In this document: positions 42,201 through 54,200 of the stretch, piece by piece | How the letters are laid out: the number at the start of each line of letters is the position of its first letter | Position numbering within the stretch: position 1 is the first letter of the stretch | Origin: Tubiluchus corallicola | Taxonomy: Eukaryota > Animalia > Priapulida | DNA length: 64,000 nt | Reading direction: 5' to 3' | Assembly: GCA_030141605.1 (NCBI GenBank) | Contig: JAQGDQ010000318.1 | Coordinates: 1 to 64,000, forward strand | Translations under genes and position numbers: made by a program | Notes under the pieces: model-generated | Told to the model about the DNA's origin: nothing | The model's input: only the letters and a program-made list of their open reading frames with translations | The model's database searches: none

Positions 42201-44722
42201 TTGTCGTCATAATTAACATTACTAGCATATTTACTTTTTTTGTTCACCTATTAGTTTTCCGCGCTGTTGTGTATTCTGTTCATCTGCTGTAGCTAAGTCA
42301 TATGCAATCCATGTTGGATGTACCTTGAAGCTTTTACTGAATTTGCTTGAGCTACACTCATAGCACTCAGTGTAGAAGCATGTCAAACTTATAAACAGAA
42401 TATTGAAATTGTAATTCTATTGGTTATACTGAATAGATAATGAAGTAAATACAAAAAAATGCTTTACGTAATTTTATTATTTGTTTCTCACGCGTTTAAT
42501 GTTTCTGAACTGAACTTCAGATAAGCAGCAAATTTCCCCGAATGCAGCAAACATCATCGATCTCTTGGCCTTTAGAGTTTGACCTTGGGCAGCTATGTTG
42601 GGTAAAATGGTTAATATAATCTGAAAATCGTTACCCGAGTTCTACCCGCTGATAAAGTCATCGGATACACGTTGATTTTGTAATTTTCGTGTAAAAAATT
42701 GATTTTCAGAAATAAAATATTGCTACAGAGGCACCTGTGTCGGGTCAGGTGTAGGGCCCTCTACACACCCTGCTTCCACGTCAGCAGCGACTCACCCCTT
42801 TCTTGTAGGTACATACGTCTTGTTTGGGCCTACACGTGGTGTGAGAAGCCAGCTGACCTGGAATGTCAGTATAAAAGCGTGTAGAGGTCACTACAACCTT
42901 GATTTCTGACACAGGTGCTCCTCGGGTGTAGTGCTGTTACTGAGTTAGTTAGTTATTTTTTGTGCATGTGTATTTTGGTTCCCTATTTTTATCAGTGCTG
43001 TTAATAAACTCCGTACAGTGTAGTTTTTGTGTATTTTATTTTATGAGAGTTAAATGACATGTTATAACAGGTATAAGGTACTAGTTTACAGACATTAACT
43101 TACTTAATTAACATAACATTTGTAATTGACATTAACATTTATAGTTCAGTAACCGGTTACACAATGATAGTATAATGGATCTTCATCATGTGCAATATCA
43201 AGACCGCAATACTATCTTGGAGTTCGACCCCCTGAGTCGAATTCAGTCCAATATCTATCCAACTAAAATATCACATGCGTTAGTTTTATGCGCACTTCAA
43301 TGCGAACTACATTTGATAGCATATATAATAATAGCTATATAAATGTTGTAAATCAAATGGCAGCATTGATTGTGTCAAAATGTATACTTTTACCGTGCTT
43401 GAAAATGAGGTGGTACATGAAAAATCATCGTATTTTCCTTTAAAGGAAGAACCAACCCTCGAACAACATTTCTTGCATTTTAATATACAATGAAAAAAAT
43501 GAAATCACCACATCAGAGACGCGCATAGAATGCTTTGCTTAAAAATGTAAAAGAAATTTAAATATTTTTTATCTCCCGCCAAATGAACGTTGATGCCCGC
43601 ATATATGAAAAAAATGACGTAAGCTGGCGTCTGCTGGGCAGCGTGAATGAATGCGGTGGAGGCAAGCTGTGATGAAGGTACGCCTTGAGAAATTTCTACA
43701 GTTCAGTCAGAAGTTCAGTTATTCTAGCGTCGTATTAGACAGTGCTTATGTAAAAATTAGTCATTTGATCAATTATGACCAAGATTAAGGTACTTACATA
43801 GCTTTAAACCACAGGATTATACTGTAGACAGTATTCATTAATTACGTAAATGTAATTAATTTACAGACTTTTGTTGATTTTCAGATACACATGTAAACTT
43901 GCGAGCATACAGTAGGTACCAGGTGAATTACTTAGTTTATACAGTTTGCTCTATAAGTCAAAAAAGATTGTTGAAGCACCTGGCAGAATAACTGTTTATA
44001 TCGCACGGTAACCAGATGACGCCATTTTTCAATAAAATGAGAGCGCCCAAGCGTGAAGTGATCGCGATTTTAAATTGAAATTATTAATTACACGAGGCGC
44101 TTATCACAATTTCATTGCTGAATCTTTCTAACATTTTTCTCAAATATTAGAATAAGCTAAACTTTCTGAAAGACTTGACTTTTGCTTTAAGATTTGATAG
44201 TGAAATTATTAGCAATATGTCTGTTCCCTTATGATTCAAACTGGTTTCAAAATAAAAACTAAGGCAAAATTTAACTAGGAAGCATATGCAAGAAAAATCA
44301 ATAACAATCCGTTAAAAGGTAACGCCAATAACTTGGAATAAATTACCTGAATACATTAAAACCCCTGTGTCAATTCATAAACTAAAGAAAAACCTTAATC
44401 ACATATATTTGCCACATATTCCGAAAAATCACTTTGAATGTGTGAATGTGTAATGTATATATATATATACCAACATTACTTCACAGCATGTACATGCAAA
44501 TACTCACAACTGTCAATTCATCACTAGAAAACTATATAATATAATTGGCAATTACTTGCGCCTCTTTTTATTTTATTCATATTTTGGCTGCATTTATGCT
44601 TTGGAAATATTATCATGACTTAATCGGTGTCATAACATCATCGTACTAACATTTGTCATTCATGTATTCCTCATCAACATGCTGAATTTCTACCTTTTGC
44701 ACTTTGTCCTCATTCTGGAAGA

Positions 44723-44816
<94 letters not shown>

Positions 44817-44853
44817 TGTGCGTGGTGTGTGTGAGCAAGTGAATGAGTGAGCA

Positions 44854-44887
<34 letters not shown>

Positions 44888-45498
44888 TGTGCGCATGCAT
44901 GTGTGGGTGCGCATGCGTGTGTGTGTGCGTGTGTGTGTTGTGCATGTGAGCGAGTGAGTGTGTGTGTAAGCGAGTGAGCAAGTGTCTGTGTGCGCGCGTG
45001 TGCATGTGTGTGCATGCATGTGAGCGAGTGAGTGTGAGAGAGAGCAATCATTTAATGCACATCTGTTTTGTTTCTCAAATTTCAAATTTACCATTAATCT
45101 GGGCAGCACCAACACAAGATTTTCTTCCTGGTGTTGTCCAGAGGCATACCAGTAGTCTCAATAAAAATGAAATTAATGTTTTTTTTTGTAATATTTGAAT
45201 TATTGTTATGCTTTCTGCAAAATTATCATTGTATGCTCATGGTAAATCTAGCAATAAATTCTAAATTCTAATTCTTCAAACTCAAAAAAGGTACTTTAAG
45301 GTACCTTATTCTAAGGTATTCTAAGGTAACTGTTACAAGCTTAATATTTCTTACCAGAATGGCCGCTTTCTGTGGAAATTTTAAGAAGCGTCCATCATGA
45401 CGTGCATAGATCATACAGTGTGCCGCATGCGTGTGATCCGCTAATGTTTGCGCCGCATCATAATCGACGTATGTGCACACCATTATGCCTTCTGTCAT
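30209..45498 (-). CDS. NUDT16: U8 snoRNA-decapping enzyme / Nudix hydrolase 16, 214 aa, 4 coding exons
   Basis: Exons 45498-45355, 37186-37068, 34788-34641, 30442-30209 with consistent phases. Motifs HAAHCMIYA, RYDGCLGFSGG, Nudix box GGLIDAGESCEGGLNRELHEEINL, HFYA, DYGTEVMGLLTIPLYT, GFPAFLRNNFVG. Confidence 0.92.
30543..32632. repeat. 32-bp minisatellite (~65 copies) in the last NUDT16 intron
   Basis: Unit acaagggactaggtagagtttccacactcgtt. Confidence 0.97.
34115..34595. mobile_element. hAT MITE family H1, inverted copy
   Basis: Same TIRs; TSD acctaaag/gcctaaag. Confidence 0.88.
34838..35370 (+). mobile_element. Copy of the 26090-26851 repeat family
   Basis: Shared gacaagaaaaggggt...ggagtttaaatttacaagttt. 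Confidence 0.6.
36580..37010. mobile_element. Inverted copy of the 29669-30089 MITE family
   Basis: Reverse-complement similarity over ~420 bp. Confidence 0.6.
39660..41702 (+). CDS. MS4A/CD20-like four-transmembrane protein, 291 aa, 2 coding exons, nested antisense in a NUDT16 intron
   Basis: Exons 39660-39950 and 41118-41702 (phase 0). KILSLLQVLCG, GAGIWCGIFFIIAGGLG, four hydrophobic segments, SIWSASLCCKAVCC, P/Q/T-rich tails. Confidence 0.85.
43440..44190. mobile_element. Kolobok-like non-autonomous element bounded by TTAA
   Basis: ttaa|aggaagaacca ... tgacttttgct|ttaa; its 3' ~430 bp recur as a direct repeat at 37283-37721. Confidence 0.55.
44725..45040. repeat. (GT)n microsatellite
   Basis: Directly visible. 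Confidence 0.96.
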
Positions 45499-46594
45499 CC
45501 CTGCTTCATTTTCACGGGAAAGCAAAGAATTTTCCTGACCTGGAAAAATAAGGACCTGGGTTTAATGAAATAAAGTGCTTAGGCTTAATACAGATTATAC
45601 AGTAAATTATCTGATTCCAAATTATCCTGTCTCGTGCAGTTTTAGTAATTTCCCCAAAAACTTGTGTGTTCTAGCATACCCAAAACGTCCAAAGTCGGCA
45701 ACTAAGTTTTTCTATTTATTCACATACTCTGAATCTCCATTTCATAAGAATCATTTTAATACCAAGCTCATCGCTCTACGTTATTTCTAAGCTAAGATAA
45801 TCTCCACATTGAAGTTGAGGTGCAGGCTACCCACTGACAAAAGTAACTTCAAGAAAATCGCAGTTAAAGTTTGCCATTGTTTTTCGTCACCTTGCAGCAG
45901 AACACTTAGCAATCGTATGAACTGGTGGTTGCTATGGACTTTGCAAGAACATGTTGAAGTTATGTTTAAATCCAATACTGGGCTCTTCTGGACGAAGATC
46001 TGAGCTTGGCAACAGAAAAACACAGCAATGATGATGCTTCAAAAAAAGTCTTCAGTCACCATGGGAAATCTTCAGCTAGCAAGATTGAAGTCACTCAGCC
46101 AGTGATTATACATCTACGGACCCAATCAGAGACCTGCGTAACCTAACTCAACCACAATAGTATATTCTGCAATCTGTAGCTCGGTGATTCGATGATTTCG
46201 CTGCGCCCTTTCCATCATAGACAAGACCCTCTTAAAGTGCATATTTGATCATTATTTTCTTAATTACTTCATACCAACGTTTTTCATAATCTCGTTCTTT
46301 CTGCACAAAACTTTTCTTGCAATTCTTTCATCGTTGGTATTGACTAAACTATGTAAAAACATTAGTTTTCTGTTCATGACTCTATTTTATCATTGGCCAT
46401 ATTCCTGTTTCTCCCATTATACCCCAATATGAAAATTAATAGTTTTCTTCAATCCAAGATTCTGCATAATGTTTTAATTCTGTATTTTTTCTAACAATTT
46501 TCATTTTCCTTTGTCCAAGACTTCAGGTTCCAGCATTAGTTAAGTATTGCAGTTGATTTCCGCACTCTACCCAATCAGGACTTAAGCTCAACAT

Positions 46595-46961
46595 TAGGGG
46601 TGAGCATCGAATGTTCGAGTTCGAACGTTCAAATCGAATTCGAATGCTCGAATTCGATTCGAACGAGTTTTTTTAGTTCGAACTCGATTCGAATCCAAAA
46701 CTATAGATTCGAATAATTCAGCACTTCAATCACACATGTTCTTTATCACTAAAATGATTGAAACATCATGCAATTAACATAATTTAGCTGTGATTTCTGC
46801 ACACAATTTTAAAGAAATTACTAGTCATTTTATTGCAGAACAAAATCTAGTGATATGCATGATTTTTGTAAGACTAATTTTTGCTGGTGGTTCGAAAACT
46901 TGTTCGAAAATCGTTCGATCTCAATTCGAATTCGCTTTCTGCTAGAGAATGCTCACCCCTA
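46595..46961. mobile_element. hAT-type MITE rich in TTCGAA motifs
   Basis: TIR taggggtgagcat/atgctcaccccta; perfect TSD ctcaacat. Degenerate relatives at ~6520-6961 and ~9580-10340 (the latter interrupted by an RTE element). Confidence 0.88.
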
Positions 46962-47359
46962 CTCAACATTAGGTCAAACATTTTCATTTTGGGCTCATAA
47001 GAAGTCATAAGCATGAGGGTCATATGGCAGTCAAAATCCCATTGAAATCATGAGGTCATATAGTGAGCTCATAAAATGGTCATAATTACAATGTCTGACC
47101 GGGCTCATAATTTGCTTATGTGTTTGACTTCATTCAATTGTCACAGTCACAAGGTATCTGTGAGCTGATGCTGCTACCACTGCTGCTACCACCAACATCA
47201 TCGTTATTAGCATCAGCATCCATAAAGAAAGTAACTATATAAATTATTTATTACAAACTTAAATAAATAATTTATAGTCATAGTAGTAGTAGTAGTAGTA
47301 GTAGTAATAGCAGGAGCAGCAGCAGCAGCAGCAGTAGTAGTAAATCTCCACTACTATTC

Positions 47360-47700
47360 AGAGTAGGTGGTATCTCTGACAGGTTTTCTCATTATAATCC
47401 AACATCCTTGTTACAAGCATATTCCAATTAGCACGATGATTAAATTTCAATGGACGATGTTGATAGTGTCCATCTAGCCTCGATCTAAAAGATTTACAGA
47501 TGCATGTTGCTGTTCTCACATCACAGGGTAATCTGTTCCAGATCTCTAGCATTGTACAAGAAAGAAAGTCGTACATTTACCAGTTTTCTGTCCAGTTCTT
47601 GATTTATGAAGAATAGAACCTGATCTTGCTGTGCGCTGTGCTTCAAATTTAACAAAACAATCATTATCGCTGCTGTAAACTCCAGATCAGTGTTTGTATA
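47360..47700 (-). mobile_element. CR1-like LINE 3' fragment
   Basis: EIWNRLPCDV...SFRSRLD motif. Confidence 0.55.
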
Positions 47701-47899
47701 CGTCAACTAGCTGACCACATAGCTGTTCAAAGCTAATGTAGCTATACCTATTCTTTTTAATTTATTTTCATACTGTGCAATAGTGCATTGAGTTTCAAGC
47801 TTACGTTGATAAAATTATCCAATTCCGATACCGATCACTATAAGTATTATGAAGATAGTTATGTTTAGTCTATTTTCCTTTCTATGACTTTCTTATATT

Positions 47900-47965
47900 G
47901 CTCCCCAGTGGCCGGATTCACTAACACGTTTGTTAAGAATCTTTTGTGAGTCTGCCACCTGGTGG
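47900..47965 (-). promoter_or_regulatory. Putative bidirectional promoter region of NUDT16 and calpain with CTCF-like motifs
   Basis: CCACCAGGTGGCAG (47965-47952) and GGCCACTGGGGAGC (47913-47900) on the minus strand, between a candidate NUDT16 5'-UTR donor (gtaagc at 47804) and the calpain ATG at 48241. Confidence 0.4.
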
Positions 47966-48240
47966 GATTTTTTGGTCGTTCAAACGTGCATCATTCGCGT
48001 GTTGTGTGGCTGCTGCTGTCGGCTGTTATCGACTGTCGTTATAATTCAAAATATTCCAGAATTACACTAATTTTTTACAAAGAATTGTTTATATTTAAAC
48101 TATTCTAAAATTCAAGTGTATTTTTGGTATCATTCCTGTTGACTGGCGAGTTCGAGAGCAATCTCAGGCCCATGCTTAGGCTACTGTAACAGCCCTGCAA
48201 TTATGAATTTTATAAGTTATACTTGTTGGTGGAAGTAATC

Positions 48241-51200
48241 ATGGATAACACTTCTTTTGCTGAGGTGAGTTTTGAAGTAAATTCAATTTTTATGCTACAA
48301 TGTAAGGATTGCTATTATCAAGCTTCAGACTACATTACAGCAAAAGCCCGGGTTTTTAAGTATTTAAACAAAAGGTCGTTTTCGCCCCTTGTGCCGAAAA
48401 TAGCAGTGGTCCTAGGAATTTTCGGACCTAATTAGTATGATAGCGATTGTCACAGTTGCTTTTGGGGTATTTCCCTGGGTGTTTAACAACTCAACTTGTT
48501 ATCAAGTTAACTTGGCACATGTTTGGTTTAATGTTTTTGTGCCCATGTGAAGGGTAGTGCAGTCTGGATCAATCTGGTTCTTTTTCTAGCATTGAGCATT
48601 GTGATTAAAACTGTTTGCTATATCAGAGACAATCCTATCACAGCCTGCACATTACAGATTATGCCGTTATTGCTCCCGAAATTAACTTTTTGCGTTCCAG
48701 CAAAGATGCTGAGAAATTTTTTTACTATTTAGTATTTTGTTGTAACCTATCTCATGTGCTTGATGGCACAAATCTGAGAAGTTGACAATCAGAATATTAA
48801 AGGAAAAGCTGAGGCTTCCGGAAGTTAGGGTTATTTCGAAAATGTTTAAAGGACTTATCGTGTAATTAGTAAGCGTATCGTGTAATTAGTAAAATCGCTA
48901 CACTAATGAGTCGAGATCATTTCACGCTTGAGTTCTTCCATTTTGTACAGCTGATAAAAAGCATATCACTGTCAAAAGTATAAGTGAATAGTGAATAGTT
49001 TTCAAGTGAATAGACTATGGTTTTGCAAATTTATTTGATATATCTTTCTAAATTCATAAACCCAACATGCTAAGTGACTATATATATAGTCCTTTCATCT
49101 AAGTAAAGCAAGATTCTAAGCCGGTTCTTAATTCATTTGAAAACAAGACCAGGAGCTCTGGATTAACTAGTGAGTTAAATGGTCCAGGACAGGTAAAAAT
49201 TAAGAGTTGTCTGAGAAACCTGCAGACTCAGCATTGCTTAACTGTGGTTGCTAGGTACACACCGTGACAGCTCTGCAATTTCATTCTTCTCCCTATTTTA
49301 AGCAACTTTAAGAGTGCATTCTATGGCATTTTTAATTATGCTTCACCAATGCTTTCTTTGCAGTTTTCAGGCACGCAGCTAAGCAGCACTTCCCAGGGTC
49401 GAAAACCTGGGCGCCTCTTGCCACGCAAATATGGCCAACCGGGAATCAGGAGCGGTGACTTGGGCAGTCATGCTAGACCGCTGCGTGTCTCCACTTTGGG
49501 AAAGGAATCTTCCGAACGACGCAACAAGTCATACAGTGTAAGCAAGCAGCAGTATTCCTTATTCTTGCAATGACTAGCAAGTACTGATGGTTTGCTGATT
49601 TATTCCCTCTGTTTCTTGTCTTTTTTAGTTATGTCTTATGCATAATTAAGCATAATTAGGGTTCTTATGCATTTTCTTAATTAGTTGTACTTACTAGCAT
49701 TTGTCATATGATATGGTTTATTGCTACCATGTAAAGATTATCCTATGAGTACATTGACAATGGTGAGTCTGTGACGGCAACTTGGCAAAGGCGGTTTTTT
49801 GCCTTGTTGCTGGTGCTTCAAGAAGTTCAGTAGCTGACAGTTACCATAAGGGAAGGTCAAGCAAGAGTTACTTGTAGTCACTTTCCAGAAGTAACTTCAT
49901 TTATAATTTTTTGTGCATCTTAGCCTTCACCTGTTAGCCCTCACTTTGAAGACTTATTTAAAGCAAAACCGGACCCATTCTTAAACTGTAGGTCAAAACA
50001 ATCTATTCTTTAAAATATTTAAAGGAAACATACTATTTTTTCAAAAATGACACATGAAAGAATTATGACCACACATACACAATTTCATGTTCACGCCACT
50101 AGTTCCTTGCTGTTACATGCATTTGACTATTCATTAGCTAGATGGGCACTAGCTCGTGCATTTCAGAAATGCATTGCACAAAAAACAGGTGTTGTACCTC
50201 TCAGTTCAGATGTGCTAGTTTGTAATGAGCTACACATGTTCGACAGCTCATGAGTGAGCACAGCAGTATATTTAAATTTTTATCGTAAAACTGGCCTAGT
50301 TTTAGTACAACACACTGAATATCTTACAGTAGCACTGTATTTCCATTTTGGCTTTCACAAACACGTGGAACACGCTCGTAGAATATTTTTGCTGTTGAAA
50401 ATTGTTAGTTTGTGATGTCATCAATAGTTGCTCTCTCGCCGTTAATTAAGTTTTTAATCTATTATTTAATTATCAGAAACACTTTTGCAGTATTAATCGT
50501 GTTAAAATGTTTACTTTTTATCGGACTTGAAAATGAGGTAGTATATGAAAAATTATCTTGTCTGCTTTTAAGTATGTTTAGCTTTGTAATTTCAGTGCAA
50601 GACACTTAGCAATCTAACCTACAATATGTAGGTATTGTTGGATCATTTCATCTAAAATAAATTGCTTTTTTTAGGATCTCAAACACGAACTGCTTGAATC
50701 CGGCAGCCTGTGGGAAGACCCTGATTTCCCAGCTGAGGACAAATCTATATATTTTACCCAAAAACCACAGAAAAAAATTAAATGGCTGAGGCCCAAGGTA
50801 ATATGCATATTTGCTTTTACCTTGTTTATCAAACTACAGAGGAATCTCACGAATTTTTAGACATGCTGTCTGCAAGTTCACGGAATTCTGTCTTCACAAT
50901 TTTTTTTAAAAAAACCTCACGATTGTCTAAATTATACTCAGAATCAGTTTTGTCCAACGCTAAATGCTTAAACATCAGAAATTGGATTTTAATTGACACA
51001 TGATGGAACGAGTTGCCACACAAATGTTTATTTATCATGCCAAATTCTGCCCCACACAAATGTTTATTTATCGTGCCAGGTTCTGCCACACACAAATGTT
51101 TATTTATCGTGCCAAATTATGCCCCACACAAATGTTTATTTATCGTGCCAACTTCTGCCCCACTCAAATGTTTATTTATCGTACCAAGTTCTGCCCCACA

Positions 51201-54200
51201 CAAATGTTTATTTATCGTGCCAAATTCTGCCCCACAGAAATGTTTATTTATCATGCCAAGTTCTGCCCCACTCAAATGTTTATTTATCGTGCCAAGTTCT
51301 GCCCCACTCAAATGTTTATTTATCATGCCAAGTTCTGCCCCACACAAATGTTTACTTATCATGCCAAGTTCTGCCCCACACAAATGTTTATTTATCATGC
51401 CAAGTTCTGCCCCACACAAATGTTTATTTATCATGCCAAGTTCTGCCCCACACAAATGTTTATTTATCATGCCAAGTTCTGCCCCACTCAAATGTTTATT
51501 TATCGTGCCAAGTTCTGCCCCACACAAATGTTTATTTATCATGCCAAGTTCTGCCCCACTCAAATGTTTATTTATCATGCCAAGTTCTGCCCCACTCAAA
51601 TGTTTATTTATCATGCCAAGTTCTGCCCCACTCAAATGTTTATTTATCATGCCAAGTTCTGCCCCACTCAAATGTTTATTTATCATGCCAAGTTCTGCCC
51701 CACACAAATGTTTATTTATCATGCCAAGTTCTGCCCCACTCAAATGTTTATTTATCATGCCAAGTTCTGCCCCACTCAAATGTTTATTTATCATGCCAAG
51801 TTCTGCCCCACACAAATGTTTATTTATCATGCCAAGTTCTGCCCCACACAAATGTTTATTTATCATGCCAAGTTCTGCCCCACTCAAGTGTTTATTTATC
51901 ATGCCAAGTTCTGCCCCACACAAATGTTTATTTATCGTGCCAAGTTCTGCCCCACTCAAATGTTTATTTATCATGCCAAGTTCTGCCCCACTCAAATGTT
52001 TATTTATCATGCCAAGTTCTGCCCCACACAAATGTTTATTTATCATGCCAAGTTCTGCCCCACTCAAATGTTTATTTATCATGCCAAGTTCTGCCACACA
52101 CAAATGTTTATTTATCATGCCAAGTTCTGCCCCACTCAAATGTTTATTTATCATGCCAAGTTCTGCCCCACTCAAATGTTTATTTATCATGCCAAGTTCT
52201 GCCCCACACAAATGTTTATTTATCATGCCAAGTTCTGCCCCACTCAAATGTTTATTTATCATGCCAAGTTCTGCCCCACTCAAATGTTTATTTATCATGC
52301 CAAGTTCTGCCCCACTCAAATGTTTATTTATCATGCCAAGTTCTGCCCCACTCAAATGTTTATTTATCATGCCAAGTTCTGCCCCACTCAAATGTTTATT
52401 TATCATGCCAAGTTCTGCCCCACACAAATGTTTATTTATCATGCCAAGTTCTGCCCCACACAAATGTTTATTTATCATGCCAAGTTCTGCCCCACTCAAA
52501 TGTTTATTTATCATGCCAAGTTCTGCCCCACACAAATGTTTATTTATCATGCCAAGTTCTGCCCCACTCAAATGTTTATTTATCATGCCAAGTTCTGCCC
52601 CACTCAAATGTTTATTTATCATGCCAAGTTCTGCCCCACTCAAATGTTTATTTATCATGCCAAGTTCTGCCCCACACAAATGTTTATTTATCATACCAAG
52701 TTCTGCCCCACACAAATGTTTATTTATCATGCCAAGTTCTGCCCCACACAAATGTTTATTTATCATGCCAAGTTCTGCCCCACTCAAGTGTTTATTTATC
52801 ATGCCAAGTTCTGCTCCACACAAATGTTTATTTATCATACCAAGTTCTGCCCCACACAAATGTTTTTTTATCATGCCAAGTTCTGCCCAGTACATATGTT
52901 TATTTGTCATGCTGCATTTTATGAATAATTTTGCAGGAAATATGCAACGATCCAAAAATATTTGTTGAAGGGGCCAGCAGATTCGACATAATTCAAGGAA
53001 AAATGGGTAAAAGCTTGTTTGTTTATAAATAGGAATCAAAATGTAAACTTTTGTGATTTGACTCAAAATTTTCCTAAAGTTTACGTAACAAAAAACTTTA
53101 AAATGAAGCAACTCCAGTTTGTTAACCTTCTAAAGCAAAACAGTATGATTTTTTTCAGATCACATCCTAAATCATGAAGTACGGTAAGAAGTATACGTTT
53201 TAACACACCTAAGTAGTTCTCATAATTAAGTAGTAGGCTAAGGACTTAATTAAAGGCTGACGATACTAAGCGATGATAATACAACTGAACATTCAACTTT
53301 CAACAAACTCTGACAACACAAACTGTCAGCAACCCAAACGTTCCGTGAGCATGTTGCACATGTTTGCAAAAGTGAAAATTGAAGTACAGTGTTATACAAC
53401 TTTCAGTGCAAAACCTCGGTAAATTTTATATATAAAAATTTAAACTTCGAGTTTCTTGCTGTGTTCGCCGCACATGAGCTCTTGATCGTGTCTGCTACAT
53501 CACAACTGAACCACACTGAAATGAGTGGTCCAGCATCTGTTTTTCGTGCAACACGATTTCCAAGTGCAGGCCCGTCTAACTATCGAATGGCACAATCTGA
53601 AAAACTAGCCATGTGAATGTGGGATAATTCTTTCATGTAAACCATTTTTTTAAAAAATGTATGTTCCCTTTCAGTATTTTATAGGATAGATTGTTTTGTT
53701 CTTTAGTTTAGGATTGAGTACAGTTTTCCTTTAATTGACAAAGTTTGTCGACACAGTTAGCACAGTTGGCGCAAGTAGAATATTCAAATGATAAGTGAAG
53801 TTCAATGTGTCGTAGTCGGTTATTTTCACAGTTTACTTTTAAGTCGTCATTATGTGAGTGAAGATGCAGAAACAAATTGGTCCCGCTCTACTTTCATCAA
53901 AAAATATTGTTTGGATGTTTGTTAATGATTTATATTAGTCTTAGTCTCAGTCTTGCCTGTCTTGAGGGTCTTACGTAGGAATAATGATTTGTCCTTTAGA
54001 TTATTTGTAATTATTGGCCACAAACAAGCAGTCTGACACATTTATTTATGCCTGGAGCACGGAGCAGCGTTGTTTCAGCCGAGCTTCGGGCGGTTTATTT
54101 ACTGTGTGAGTCAGCTGTTCAGGCAGTGTGTGGCAGTAGTAGCAACTGTTTAGTTATGCTTTCAGAAAGTGCATCCAAAAAATTTACATTTAAGAAGAAT

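Noticed and set aside
44646-45115. His/Thr-rich ORFs
   Set aside because: Translations of a (CA)n microsatellite.
50993-53111. Four 640-660 aa ORFs
   Set aside because: They are translations of a 36-bp stop-free minisatellite inside a calpain intron; being open in several frames at once argues against coding.
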